Assembly: GCA_964016885.1 (NCBI GenBank)
Contig: OZ024743.1
Coordinates: 167,896,001-167,960,000 of the forward strand
Source of the DNA: Eledone cirrhosa
Lineage: Eukaryota
Length of the DNA: 64,000 nt
Direction of reading: 5' to 3'
A program made the translations under genes and the position numbers. Each line of letters starts with the position of its first letter. The stretch's first letter is position 1. Below are positions 38,130 through 51,487 of the stretch, one piece after another. Under the pieces are notes generated by a model that ran no database searches, was not told the origin of the DNA, and saw only the letters and a program-made list of their open reading frames with translations.

Positions 38130-41100
38130 CTTGTTTATGCTTACAACTGTTTCCTCCAAACCGAGGTTTGGATTCTTCGGAGCAATTTATTAATGAATGA
38201 ACACTTATATGACCCCCTTTTCACCCAAGAGCCATACAGATACATATGCAAATATTGTGGGTCAACATTCATTACAGCATTTAGAGTGGCAGTACACACT
38301 TAGAGATTACATTCATATTAAAAGATACAATCAAAATACAGGTTAACATACAACATGAAAATAAGCAGTTATATAGTGCAAAGGTTATATGTGTGGCAAG
38401 CACGTGCGTCTTGTTTATATAGTGTGGCAGAGAGTTACGTGTAGTAGAAGCACTTAAGTAGGTAAACAAGAGTGTTAGGTTGGTTGATCTGGTGACAAAT
38501 TCTTTATATGATTGTTATAGTCTGTGTGTGGAGAAATAATATAAGCATTAAAAATATTGCAAGCATTAAAAATATTAAAAATATTGGAAATGCGCAGCGG
38601 AGGGATGATATGGACTTCATGTACTTCGACATTTTCATAGTCTGGGGAGTGTATTTTTCAGATTATATGCCCCTCACATAATCCACGACGATTCGATATT
38701 GAACGTTTGACAATCCAGTTAGAGAATCGTAGTCTGATGTTCTTTAGTTCAATACAGGAGGATGTTACGTTTCGAGGATCGACATCGAAATACTACCCGG
38801 AAGTGTGTGTGTGGCTAAGGGGAGTTAATGCATGAGGGGAGGTAACTCGGAGGTTTCTATTACTAACTATTAAAATGTGTCTCAAAATAGACCCTAACTT
38901 TTATGGTTATACGCAATTTCTAAAAAATTTCTAAAATTTAAAGTGTTTTAACTATAGAGTAGTCTATTAAGTTGTGCTGAAGGTGTTCGTATTATTATGG
39001 TGATTAACCCCCATCGTAGAGAGCCACAAATGAATATTATAGACGACAAGCGAGGATTCTAAATTAATTATCTCTGTGGTTGCAGTCTACTCAAAGGACC
39101 AGGCGCGGTGATTGCAGAATCACTTCAACACACAATGATCTCTGGTAAGTTCTGGGTCATCGCTTGCTACATTGGATGTCGAAAGATAATCATCACCAGG
39201 GCCGACCAGAGGTCAATCCGCAGTCCTCATGACCCCAATCTTACCATCAAATCATCCATATATGTACAACCCATACGCCACCTGCAACACATTCATTCGC
39301 TGCACTCAGCGTACCGGTCATACAGATCATCAGCGTTACTAGATTAATTCGTTTTTCATCTGTCCAACGATGGCACTTCCTCCGCACAACACTACCAAGA
39401 CAATCAATTCATGCTTAAATTACCTATAGAGCGGTTCAAGTGGGTGGATGTTGTCACACCTAAAGTAGAGGTACAAATGGGTATTCGCCCTGCGAGGGGT
39501 TCTAGAGGGATGTCGCTGTTTGTGTTATATTAGATCAGTGAGTGTTGGGTATGTGGTATAAGGTGTGCCCCTGGTGTTTGATGCTAGAGGTGGCGTTTGG
39601 TTCAAGTCTGACATTGCTATATATTGGGCTTAAAGTTTTGGAAGGAATGTCTGAAGCGGTGCTGTCAAGTTGCAAACACTTCAGATTTTTTGTTAAGTAG
39701 GTTACGGTTAGAGAAGATAATATTGTGGGTCTCTAGTATACAGAGGTTACAAAATTTATTAGGTGGTTTGTACGAAGTCGCGCTGCCTATCACTTCCCAT
39801 TTGAGTGTGTAAGGTTTATATTTAGTTTTTATATAGTGTATGTAGCTAGATAGTGAGGTGGAGTTGGCTAGACTGTGCTTTTTGAACGAGTGGATGTGCG
39901 AATTATATCTGATTTTGAAGCAGTTAGAAGTGGAGCCTACATACGTTTCTGAAGAGTTGCTAGTTGTGACGGTGCATGAGTATATGATATCCTTGGTTAG
40001 GCATTTTTTAGGTTCTATTAGCTCTACAGTTACAATTATCCTGTGTGTTAGTCTGCTGGTTATAATGCAGTGCAGAAGTCTGGGTGGTAGCTATAGGATT
40101 TTGGACATTCGGGTTGTCGACTCCGGTGTTATTTCTTATACTAGTGTTATTTCTATTGTTACTGCCGTTACTATGGTTGCTTGCTACAGAGGTATTTAGA
40201 AGGTTTACCTCCTGTTGTGAATTCGTTTGTTGGAAGTAAGAATTAATTTTACTTTTATTGCTGCTAGCTATGTGGTATGCTAAGTTAGGCGTCGTAGAGT
40301 ATGAGATTTTAATAGTGTTTTTGTTTAAAAGGTTGTGGTACTTGTGTCCTAGAGGGAAGTTTTTATCTAGTAGTGAGAAGAAAGCCCTAGGTATGTTGGT
40401 GGAGACATTTAGGTTGAAAGGAGGGTTGAAAAATGTATTATTTCTTCTTCTATTTTTGTTTTTAGTGTCTGGTGTGTTGTTTCTTCCTAAGGCACTACGG
40501 TAGTTTCCGTGGTAATGGTTACTTCCGGTGGCACCCTCCGCTTTGTTGTACTTGTGGTTGCTATTCCTATTATTAGGTTTCCTCATGGACATGTTGTGCG
40601 AGATGATGTTGTAGCTATGCGTTTTCTTAGGTAGGAACTCAATTTCTATATTATGGCCGGATCTAGCTAATGCTTGATTATAATATTGTGAGTTTTTGCT
40701 AAATATGTTTGCGTCATAGGATAGATTAGAGATTCTATTGGATACCCCCTTAGAGATAGAGTTTAATATTGATCTAGGGTGATTAGACTTGGTATCTACG
40801 TAAATGAGTTTTCCGTTAGGCTTATGGAAAGGTGTATTTTGAGTCTAGGTATAGTGTGGCGTCTAGGAAGTTAACATTTTTAGTGTTTTTGTCCATGGTG
40901 ATACTAAGGTTAAAGTTTTTGAATGTCCTGTGCAATAGTTTTCTAGTTCTTTCTATATTAATTTTTTTATATTCTATAAGTAGAAGTGCATCATCGCGGT
41001 ACAAACCACCGTTGAGGTAAGGGAGGTCCTTTTGGATTTCATTAAGAAGGTATAGGCCGACCAAATCAGTGACCTGCGCCGAGTCACTAGATCCCATGGT

Positions 41101-41260
41101 TATGTCGAAGTTGTGCGTATTCCTGCGTGTCCATAGTTGGTCCTCGAAGGTGATTATGGTTTTACGGGCCGCAAGGATGACATCAATCTGGGCTCTAGTC
41201 AGGTCGCTATTGTTCATGGCCATGATTAGTGCCTTATAATTCATATAACTGCTCTGTAAA
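38130..41260 (-). mobile_element. Penelope-like element, 5'-truncated (RT, linker, C-terminal GIY-YIG, long 3' region)
   Basis: ORF 40822-41244 has TMGSSDSAQVTDLVGLY, GGLYRDD and VNFLD. ORF 40008-40592 has FFNPPFN, KISYST and NCNCR. 39690-40005 reads CLTKDIIYSC..ETYVGST..FKIRYNSH..CNLC. Hammerhead at the 3' end. Confidence 0.88.
38138..38184 (-). ncRNA. Type I hammerhead at PLE 3' end (U4>C variant, probably impaired)
   Basis: Minus strand reads TGCT-CCGAAGA-A-TCCAAACC(tc)GGTTTGGA-G-GAAA-CAGTTG-TA-AGCA. Confidence 0.65.
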
Positions 41261-41416
41261 TCATCTGATGTTTTTACATTGAGCTACTTACTGGTAATAA
41301 GGTAGTAATATATTACTGCCTACCACTATTTAGGGTTTATATATATAAAAATATATATAACTGCAAAAGGTTCTTGTATTTACATAACCATAAATAGTAT
41401 AATTAATACTAATTAA

Positions 41417-41494
<78 letters not shown>

Positions 41495-41496
<2 letters not shown>

Positions 41497-41952
41497 CAGA
41501 ATTAGTTTCGCTCTGATATAGCGGATACATAAATGCATTAGTGAGTTTTATATCGAATAATAATATTCGATTTGTTTGCAAACAGTCTCATTACGCTATG
41601 TGTTTTAGATGACCATCGCTATCCTTCTGTTCTAGCAGTTTGCTTGCAAACAAATCAAATGTTATTATTATTCGATATAAAACTCACGAATGCATTTATG
41701 TATCCGCTATGTTAGAGCGAAACTAATTTTGTTTTTAATTTTCGGCAAAGCCATCCGTAAAATCACTCGATATAATAATTAGGCTAATTAGCCGATGTAT
41801 ACTTTAGAGAATACTATATATTCTCAATGTTCTAGTGTGTGACAGAAAAGTGATACACAATCTTGACAAAGGGCAATAACAAATGGATAGCGAGGGTCAT
41901 CTAAAACACATGGCGTATAATGCTGTTTGCTGGCAAAAAAATCGAATATTAT
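41495..41952. repeat. Overlapping inverted repeats (fold-back element) next to (TA)n
   Basis: 41495-41582 pairs with 41645-41733, and 41560-41624 pairs with 41885-41952. Confidence 0.75.
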
Positions 41953-42985
41953 TATAGTTATTCCGAATGCATATGTATATATATATAATTCTTTGTCTGT
42001 CTGTCTGTTCCTATGTATTCTCTAACGGCTGGACCATGCAAATAAAATTTTACAACCCCAGGAGTGTCAACATGTAATTATTATTTTCATTTGGATTAAA
42101 ACAATATAAGATTTTATCTAGAATAACATATCTATAATCAACTATAGTAAACCACAACGATGACTCACATTTTGTATATGAGTGTGTATGTGTCTGTCAG
42201 TGCGTGTGTGTTTGCGCGTTTGTTATGTCTTATGTCTCAGAGATTTAAATAAACACACATCTACACATACATACACATAATGTGTGTGAGTGTATGTGAG
42301 AGTGTGGACGTCACATTTTGTATGTGTATATGTCTGTCTTAGTGAATGTATGTTAGAGTGTATGTGTATGTGTGTTGACTGACATAACGATATTTTCTTT
42401 GGTCAACTATAGTAAGCCACCACCACCACGACAACGTCACATTTTGTATATAAGTATGCACATAGACAATTAAACACACACACACATGTACACGTACAGA
42501 TACATATGTTATGACAGACAGGTGTGCATGAATTATATGTCTGTGTGTCTGACTTAGTATATGTATGTGAGTGTATGTGAGAGTGTATGTGAGTGTATGT
42601 GAGAGTGTATGTGAGAGTGTATGTGTGTGTGAGTGTATGTGTGTGTGAGTGTATGTGTGATAATCTTTTTTCATTTGGATTAAAACAATAGGACGTCACA
42701 TTTTGTATATGAATATGTATGTGTCTGTGAGTGTGTGTGTGTGTTTGCGCGTTCATTATGTACGTCATTAAATACACACATACATCTACACATACTTTAA
42801 TTACACAATGTTTACCTTAAGGTGCTTCAAGATTTTCATTTCAAAATTCTGTTATCATTACAATTTCGATATTAAAAAAAATTAATATATAGATATTCTG
42901 AAATCATTATGAGAAAAAAATAACATATCTTTATATTTATTGTTTACTAATCTGAATAAGAACAGCAGTAACCCAGTAATTCATC

Positions 42986-43058
<73 letters not shown>

Positions 43059-43189
43059 GGTGTGTGTATGTGTGTGTGTATTGCCAATAATAACTGTATA
43101 CCCATCCCATGATGTAATGCACCCAAAACTACAAAAAGTATTCACATAAACATGCAGACAAAATAAAAGAAATCAAGATTATTATAATT

Positions 43190-43520
43190 GTTGTTTCTAA
43201 CAAAGGAACAAGGTAAAAAAAAATGTGTGGGTAAGAATAGTCGATTGATATCTTATTTTATTGATCCTCGCTGCATGAAAGCGAAAGTTGACCTTGATGG
43301 GAATGGAATTCGGAACGTAAAGATCTCTCAGAAAATGTCAAAAAATATTTTGTCGAACAACTCTTCCAGTTCTGCCACCTAATAACAATTCTTCTAATTT
43401 AGGCACAAGGTTAGTTCGGGTGGGAGAGGAAAAGTCGATTAAATCAACTCCAGTATTTGACTGATACGTTATGTTATTTATTGCTGAAGGGTAAAGAGGA
43501 AAATTTGAATTCAGATGGAA
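43190..43520 (-). mobile_element. Two old degenerate copies of the tRNA-derived SINE type
   Basis: Reverse complements of the core (ATGAAAGCGAAAGTTGACC) and of the tails (TTCTAATTTAGGCACAAGG, TTTCTAACAAAGGAACAAGG). Confidence 0.55.
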
Positions 43521-44196
43521 ATATAGTCTACAGATAATTTAAAGAAACCGGAAACATAAATCGGGTGACTGACTCAGAGACCCGAGAGAAACACCAGTCA
43601 CGTCACATCAGGGCACCCCCACAGCTCAATTTACTCACGACGCAACGTTTTTGGAATCTCTCGAGACCGTTTTGGTATATCTCGAGACCGTTTTGTGTAT
43701 TGAAAGTTGCAATTCTACGTCCCCCGAGCAAGTGATCATTAATTTATGACAGTTAATAGAGTGCTTCCTATAAAAGTTCTACCCTTCCAGAGACATTTGA
43801 AATCTTCTGGCCTTAATTCCGCGACTCCATTAAACACTCGCTTTCATTGTCAAGAAATATTGATGCGTTTCAAAACTATGAAATTTATGTCATCGGTAGA
43901 GGAGTTTTCTCGCACATCCTACTTACGTTTCCTTGCTTTCTTTTCTCTTTCTACTCTTTCAACTATCTCCGAGGATTTTGCTCATCAGTTCGTTTTCCAT
44001 ATTCTCCTCAAGATCGCAAGGTAATGGAGAATCTCTACTGCAAAATAGGATATTCGGCTTCCTGGTCGTAGGTTTCTATTTTAAAGACGATCCGAGTACT
44101 TCGGCGGCGGCCCCCTTGAATTTGCAATCGCTAGTACGAGTGGTGGTATTGTTGAAGCATTAGTCTCTATTATCTAGTTGTGTTGCTGTTGGCTCA

Positions 44197-44250
<54 letters not shown>

Positions 44251-44399
44251 GAATACTGCTGCTGCCACCATCACCATCACTACAGGCACCACCACTGCCA
44301 CCAGACTTGTCAGGGCTACCTTAATTATTATTTTGGGAGTATGCGGATAGCTATCCAAATTTTGGCAATGTATGGAAGGTAAATTTTTTCTTCTCTCGT

Positions 44400-45140
44400 T
44401 CTTGAACAAGAAAAGCTTGTGCAAAGTAACCTTGGGCCCATACAGAAACATCACAGATATGTCCTATGGCACATGTTGAGACACGTACCTGCACCATTTT
44501 CATTACTTTCCCCCATCTTACAGAAAATTCCATGTACGGTAGCATCTGTCTTCCTACACTTATCTTTTCGAAATGGAACTTGAAGAAATTGTGAGCTTGA
44601 AGAAGAAAGTGTTTGTCTTTAATACTTTCAATCTTGCCCACCATATAATGTATCTTGTTATGTCTACTAGATTCCCATTCCCGGTCTAAGGAAGACTGTA
44701 ATGGCACTCCTCACAATGGACTCGGTCGATATCGAAATCCTTACTGCACGTGACCACAGCTGTTTGACATACTTCCACATGTCAGCCATGCTCGAATATG
44801 AACGAGTATGTACAGAACGATTTCAACGGATCACGAAATCTACAAAACCTGTAGATTGTATGCCCGGTAGCACAACCAAGTGAAAGATTTATAGGGGTCC
44901 GTAGTCTTCGGACTGAAAGTTCCCCAGAACTGGCTGTTCAACTGATTCTATCTGTCACCAAGAGTGTCCTTAAGAAAATTGTCGCCTTTGCTCATTATTA
45001 ACTCTCTGTAAAACCACCTAATTTGTTTAACTCCAACTCAGCCAAAGAAATGTCCCGCGGAAAAAGGAATGTACCTTGAAAATGGTAACCACACCTCATC
45101 GCCCGAAAATCTTTGAAAATGCCAGGGTCTCGGTCCATAC
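44400..45140 (-). mobile_element. Old degenerate Tx1 ORF2 C-terminal fragment
   Basis: Minus strand gives ADMWKYVKQL, ISTESIV, WWARLKVLKT and NFFKFHFEK..GRQML..RW, homologous to the Tx1 ORF2 end. Confidence 0.75.
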
Positions 45141-45519
45141 TTACGTATCAATAATAATAATGTGAGATACAGAGCAAAAATAAGATAATTAGGCACAGAA
45201 GGGACTTACAAATATTTAATGAACTAGACAGAGTACCATGTACGCACAAATAAAAGGCAAAGAAGGAGTATTGCATATGAACTAGATTAATAGTTCAAAC
45301 AACTTTGTTCGCGGTGCAAAACAGAAACTATGTATCGAAGCAGAACATAAACTTACATGTAGAAATCTTGAAGATGCAATCATTCATGTTAACTCTAGCT
45401 GCGAAATCTTAACCAAGAGAGGATACACATGTAGGCATGGTTTCATGCACCAAGAACTATATTAGTATTGTGAATTATCGACAGAAATGTTAAAAACATT
45501 TGCCAGAAAATGTTGTAGA

Positions 45520-45960
45520 AAATGAGAAGGTAATCATGTCTTTGGAATATGGGAGGTCAAAGAAAATATAGCTTTGTTCTATTGTATGGCTGCTCAGCAT
45601 AGACCGTTTCCTCAAAACTGGAAAGAAGATTAGATTATTAGATGGAGCCTAAACTTTCATGCTAGAATGGCTTTGAATGTTACTTGGATAGATCGTCTGA
45701 CCAACGAGCGACTGTAAGGGAACCTCCGCTCGGTTTCGGACATCATCAAAGAGCGTAGAGTCAGATCCGCAGGACATTGCTAGAGAACTAAAGACGAAAT
45801 TGTTCGAGAAGTTTTATTTTTGTGGGAGCCTACTGAAGGAAGAACTATCAGAAGACGACAACTAGATTTGTGATGACATTAACTGCAATCTCTCTAGTCA
45901 GCCAATGAACAATAGAAATGGATAACGGCAGAGATTTAAATGAATCCATGCGAGCACTGC
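45520..45960 (+). mobile_element. Degenerate RTE-like LINE 3' fragment
   Basis: VLLYGC..., MLRMALNVTWIDRLTNE-like and IIKERRVRSAGHC. Confidence 0.65.
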
Positions 45961-46329
45961 AACCTTTTGATTGCTAGAAAGAAATAAACCAGATATTTTT
46001 GTTTAGGAACGCTAGGAAAGAAAATGTAGAAACAAATCAATTATAAAAAAAATAGCCATATAGATTATTAGAATATTTGTACTGGAAACAGAAGCAATCC
46101 TTATAAAATAGGTACATTGGCAATGGCAAAAAAACACAATAAACAAAAACGAAACAAAAACAAACATGCATTCAAATACATAACTAAAATCATAAGACTT
46201 ACACACGTACACACCCTTACCACTACTAGGCACTACACACGTTTTACGTGGAGTAGTTTCAATAACTCTGAAAAATTCTCGAGCTCATCGGCGCGCCTCC
46301 CAAGGTCACCCCAATGTTCCCACGGCTAT

Positions 46330-47259
46330 ATAGTAGTGCCAAGATTTGCATGCGGATGAACGAGAAGGACTTCGACTGGTTTCTCATCAACAGCGGGGTC
46401 CGATAGGGCTGCGTGGCTCACCCGACCTCTTCAACTTTGTCATCGATGACCAAATATGAGCGAGTTTCTGGCTTTACCTTCAGGAACTACCATCTTACCA
46501 ACCTGGAGTATGCGGACGACACCACCCTATTCACCAACGTGATTGATCAGTACAGGGACGCATTCACCATATACCGAAAGGAATTAGCAAAGCATGGCCT
46601 TTCGGTGAGCTGGGTGACGACCAAGCTGATGGATCCTCCCCCGCTTCATATTGACCTCAATGTCGTGGAGTTTGTGAGCTCCATCTTTTACCTGGGCTCG
46701 ACAGTCACCAACAATGGAAACAAAACCCCGGAGGTCAACCGCACGTGTAGTCTGGCCGTCGGAGTAATGCACTCTCAATCGAAGCCCTTTTTGCGCCACT
46801 GCTCTATTTTCCGGAAGACGAAGCTCCGTATCTACAACGCGTGGATCCCCTCCATTCTCCTCTATGGAACAGAAACGTGGCCCCTCATGAAGACTTGGCA
46901 AATAGGATCAGATGTTACCACCCCATTTCCAATACAGAGTTGCGTGCGCGCAAGCATCAGCCAGCAGCCTCCCGTCTCATAGCCAACCATCACATGCGCT
47001 GGTAGGGACATGTCCTCTGCCGCCAGATCATCCTACCAGGGCCTTACTCTCGTTCAACGCAGCAGCTACAAGCTGGAAGAGGCACCGCAACAGATGGTTG
47101 GATGTCATCAAGGAAGATCTCCAGAGGTTCGACGTCACCTTGGAGGATGCAGAGGGGCAGACATGAGACCGCCAGCGATGGGGAGCATTGGTGGATCGGG
47201 TCGGCTCTACGTAGCATTATGCCTCAGGATCACTGACTTAAGATGACCCCAGACTCATC
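46330..47259 (+). mobile_element. Degenerate RTE-like LINE (RT C-terminal half), followed by (GAA)n
   Basis: SGVR*GCV, LEYADD, FYLGS, RKTKLRIYNA..ILLYGTETW and RWLDVIKEDL. Confidence 0.8.
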
Positions 47260-47281
47260 GAAGAAGAAGAAGAAGAAGAAG

Positions 47282-47312
<31 letters not shown>

Positions 47313-47949
47313 TTCAATACAATTGAAAATATATTATATTATCAATGCACGAACATTAAGCACATTGTATGGAATAATAAGTATGTCTGTTTTGTACATT
47401 AAATTTATGATACCCTCCCCTAAAAGAAGGTGATATAAAAATAATAACAATAATATAATAATAACAACAATAGAAATACTAATGTATGATAATAAAGTAA
47501 AACAATAAACCAATATAAAATAATAATTAAAAAAAGGAAAACAATGACTAACTATAGAAATTTATTATAAGTACTAAATGAAAATCGAAAATCGTTTACT
47601 GAACTGGCTCGTAGCATCGATCAAAGTGTTGTATGTATGTATTATAAATTTATGCGGCTATATCTATTTTTAAAAACTTTTTTATCTTTTAACATTTCAA
47701 TCTTGTCACACTATTTGTCACTCTGAATAGCAACTTCATGCATTAAAATGTGGAGATGGAGTTGTGCAAGCTACAACCACTTTAAAAATAATATATCTCA
47801 CAAGTACTTCTTGTACACTTTACTCGTTATTTAAGATCGTAATGAGGGCTGGAAGTAATTTAAAAATGAATTCATAATTCTAATTGAAATGTCTCACACA
47901 AAGTCAGTAAATAGCAGAAAGATCTTGGTATCTTCTTGTGAACAAGTCT

Positions 47950-50400
47950 GGCCAGCAGGTGCCCTTGGATGCCACAGCCTTGTCCCGGGCGTCATCCTGC
48001 TACTGTGACAAACATAAACACTCAAATCCAAATAAAATTTAGGGACATTTTGAAGTTTGCTTGTTGGAATGTGTGCATTCTCTTAGACTTTGTTAAGTTT
48101 GATACAGCAGACTGTCGCACAGCATTAATTGCAAACGAAATTGATAAATGTGATCCGGACATCGTTGAACTATCTGTGACACGCCTACATGTAGATCGCG
48201 AACTTACTGAAAAGCCATTAGGTTACACTTTCTTTTGAAAAGGTTTGCCTGAGGGGCACAGAAGAAATTTAGGTGTTGGTTTTACAATTAAAAGCTCAAT
48301 CCTAGACTGTGTCCAAACATTTCCAAGCGGTGTATCTGAACGCACGGTATCTTTCTAGTTCCAGCTAAAAGATCGATAACCGACAATAGTGAATGTATAT
48401 GCACCGACAATGTCACATTCCATTGAAAGCTTTGAAAAATTTAATCAGGATCTTCGGAACCTAGGTAACTTTATTGCTGGAGTGGGAGTAGATCATGCAA
48501 CATAGCCTGTTTTGGGGAAGCATGGCACTAGAAAATGCAACAAAAATGGACTATTTCTTTTCACATTTTGTACCAAACACCAGCTGGCTAACTTAAATAC
48601 TTGCTTCAAGCCAAAAGAGAAATATAAAAACACATGGATACACCCTAGGTCTAAGTGCTGGCACCTTCTTGACTATATATTAGTTTGCAAAGCAGCTTTG
48701 AATGACGCAACTAGTATTCGAGTAATGAAAGGTGCAAAATGTTGGATAGACCATATGCTTGTTAGGGGGAAATTCAATTTCTCAATCAGGAAAAATCAGG
48801 AAGGTGGGGTCTAAAATACCAAAGAGAATGAACATTGCAAGGTTCAAATCCCCTATGATGTTGAAAGGTTTTCAAGATGGACTTATGTGCATTACTCTCG
48901 TTGAAGATAACCTTTAGGGGAGTTTCAAGTCTCAAGTCTATGATGTTACATCAAGCACTTTGGGTCTTAAATCCAAAAAGGTGGCTGATTGGTTTGCTGA
49001 TCATGACTTAGAAGTGTCCACACGTCTGCGTAAAAAACAAGAGATGTGCAAACTCATTTTAGGAAAGCCCGAAAATTCCAACAAAACAGTAAATGCAAGG
49101 CTATGAAATGGTCATAGAGCAACAGCGATATCTCCTGGGAGATGCGTTGATGAACAACAACTCTTTACTGATGTCATACAGAAACGTTGGGTGCAACACT
49201 ACTCAGGTGTGCTTAACGGGTTATCAAATTTGAATATGGACACAATTGAGAGAATGGACAACCTTCCAATCATCGAAGAAATGTCTTCTGAGCCTTCAGT
49301 AGATGACATCACCGTAGTTGTGAAGAAATTAAATAACAATAAGTCTCCCATATCTATAGTATCAGTTCAGAAATATTGAAATTTGGTGAACAAAGGATGA
49401 TCGAAATGCTTCACTCACTACTTTTGCATTGTTGGAGGAAGTACGACAGGACTGGGTCGATGCTATTTTAATATCTCCTTTTTAGCCTGGTCCTAAAGAT
49501 TTTCATGGCATATCTTTATCTGTTGTGATGTACTCTCGTGTATTCTTTTAGAGCGTCTTTACAAATTCATCATTCCAAGAGCTGTCAGAATCACGCTGAC
49601 ATGATTTCCACCATCCGCCAGCTACAAGAAAAATGCACGGAGCAAAACATGGGGTTATATCACTGCTTTGTAGACCATAGCAAGGCGTTCAACACTGTTA
49701 ACAAGACTTGTGGTTGGTGTTGAAAAAAATTGGCTGTCCTAAAAACTTTGTGAATATAATTAAAGCCCTCAATAAGGATATTAAGGCCCGCGTTAATTTT
49801 GGTGGCACTCTTTCAGGACTGTTCGTAGTGGAAAATGGAATAAGGCAGGCCGATCTTGAAGCACCAACACTCTTCGCCATCTATTTTGCGTTAATGCTGT
49901 CAAGTGTGTTCAATTTGATAACAATGAGATTCAACTCTAAAGACTTCACCTCTTTGAGCCGTGACCTTCTATATGCTTCATATGTGACTTCAACCTGATA
50001 AGTCACACTGAGAAGGGCTTGCAAAGACTGTTCTTTGATTTCAACACAGCTTGTGATGTGTTCGGTCTTATAATTAATTTAAAAAAGACTGTTGTAATGC
50101 ATCAACTTGCTCCCTGGGAGCAGACAACTGCACCTCGAATCCTTGTTAGGGGTACAATGCTAAAGATGGTGACATACTTTGAATACATTGGCAGTAGGAT
50201 ACAAGCTGATGTCAAATTAGATACTGAAATCAAGTCTCGTATAAATTTGGCAGCAAAAGCCTTTGGTAGACTAGAAATTAAGGTCTGGTCATAACGTAAC
50301 ATTAAAATGGAGAATAAGATTACTGTATACGTCCCATTTCTACTATCCGTAGTATTGCATTTATTTGAGACATGGACGTTGTACACACGGCATGTTAAAA
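47950..50400 (+). mobile_element. Highly degenerate RTE (BovB-like) LINE with APE and RT
   Basis: FACWNV..LLD..RTALIA, VNVYAPT, TWIHPRSKCWHLLDY, QLQEKCTEQN..FVD.SKAF, NGIRQ..APTLF, FEYIGS and ETWTLY. Confidence 0.82.
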
Positions 50401-50409
50401 TGCTGTGCA

Positions 50410-50440
50410 TGTGTGTGTGTGGGGGTGTGTGTATGTGTGT

Positions 50441-50525
<85 letters not shown>

Positions 50526-50769
50526 GGGGGGAGGGGGGTGCGTGTGTGTAAACCAGCATTCGTTGCCATTCTCTCTCACCCTCTATCTGAATATCTAACG
50601 CTAATTGTACCTCTCTCTGTATAACGGCCTATCTCCTCCCCTCTCTCTGCCTCTCCATTTGTGTCTCTCTTTAGATGTGTGTGTGTCTATGTACGTGTGC
50701 GCGTGTAATTTTCGAGTGATTAAAGCAATCAACCAGCCAACCAACCAGTCAACCAAGAAACATCTCTTT

Positions 50770-50812
<43 letters not shown>

Positions 50813-51195
50813 GCAAGATGGTCAGCAATGTGTGTGCATATGTCTGTGTATGTATGAAACTGTACGTGAGTGTGAATGTGTATGTGTGTGCCTCTGTGTG
50901 TGTGTGTGTGTGTATGTGTGTGTGCGTGCACGCGTATGTGTGTATGTACGTGTGTGTGTATGCGTATGTGTATTATTTGTATGTATGTATAAAGTGTGAA
51001 AACGCAGGAAGACTAAAAGGCAAACGGCAAAATGTAAAGCACACTAGCAATGGTTTGATGCATAGCGCTAGTTATTGTTCATGTATTATGTACCATTCAG
51101 TAACTAGTCATCCCTCTCTGGCAGTAGTAGTAGTTGTAGTTGTTGTTGTAGATGAGGTGGTTGTGGTGGTAATATTAGTAGTAGTCATAATATTA

Positions 51196-51263
<68 letters not shown>
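50410..51263. repeat. Microsatellite cluster (GT)n, (TA)n, (GTA/GTT)n, (TTA)n
   Basis: Read directly. Confidence 0.95.
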
Positions 51264-51264
<1 letters not shown>

Positions 51265-51449
51265 GGACGGTGGATTGGCAGTATCAGTAGAGGGTCGGAC
51301 GCCATGCTTTCTAGCACAGTTACGTCCCTTTACGATCTGAGTTCAAATCCCGCCGAGGTTGACTTTGCCTTTCATCCTTACGGGGTCGATAAAATAAAGT
51401 ACCAGTAATGCACTGGGTAATTGCTGGCCTTGTGCCTAAAGTAGAAACA
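51265..51449 (+). mobile_element. tRNA-derived SINE, full-length
   Basis: A box TGGCAGTATCAGT, B box GAGTTCAAATCCC, core and tail; (ATT)n on both sides. Confidence 0.88.
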
Positions 51450-51487
51450 ATTATTATTATTATTATTATTATTATTGTTATTGTTAT

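Noticed and set aside
43945-43990. CTGATGA...GAAA on the minus strand
   Set aside because: No stem I or stem III pairing; chance match.
50102-51264. Long ORFs rich in HT, CV, YI or poly-Y (also at 30369, 31781, 42339)
   Set aside because: Translations of microsatellites.
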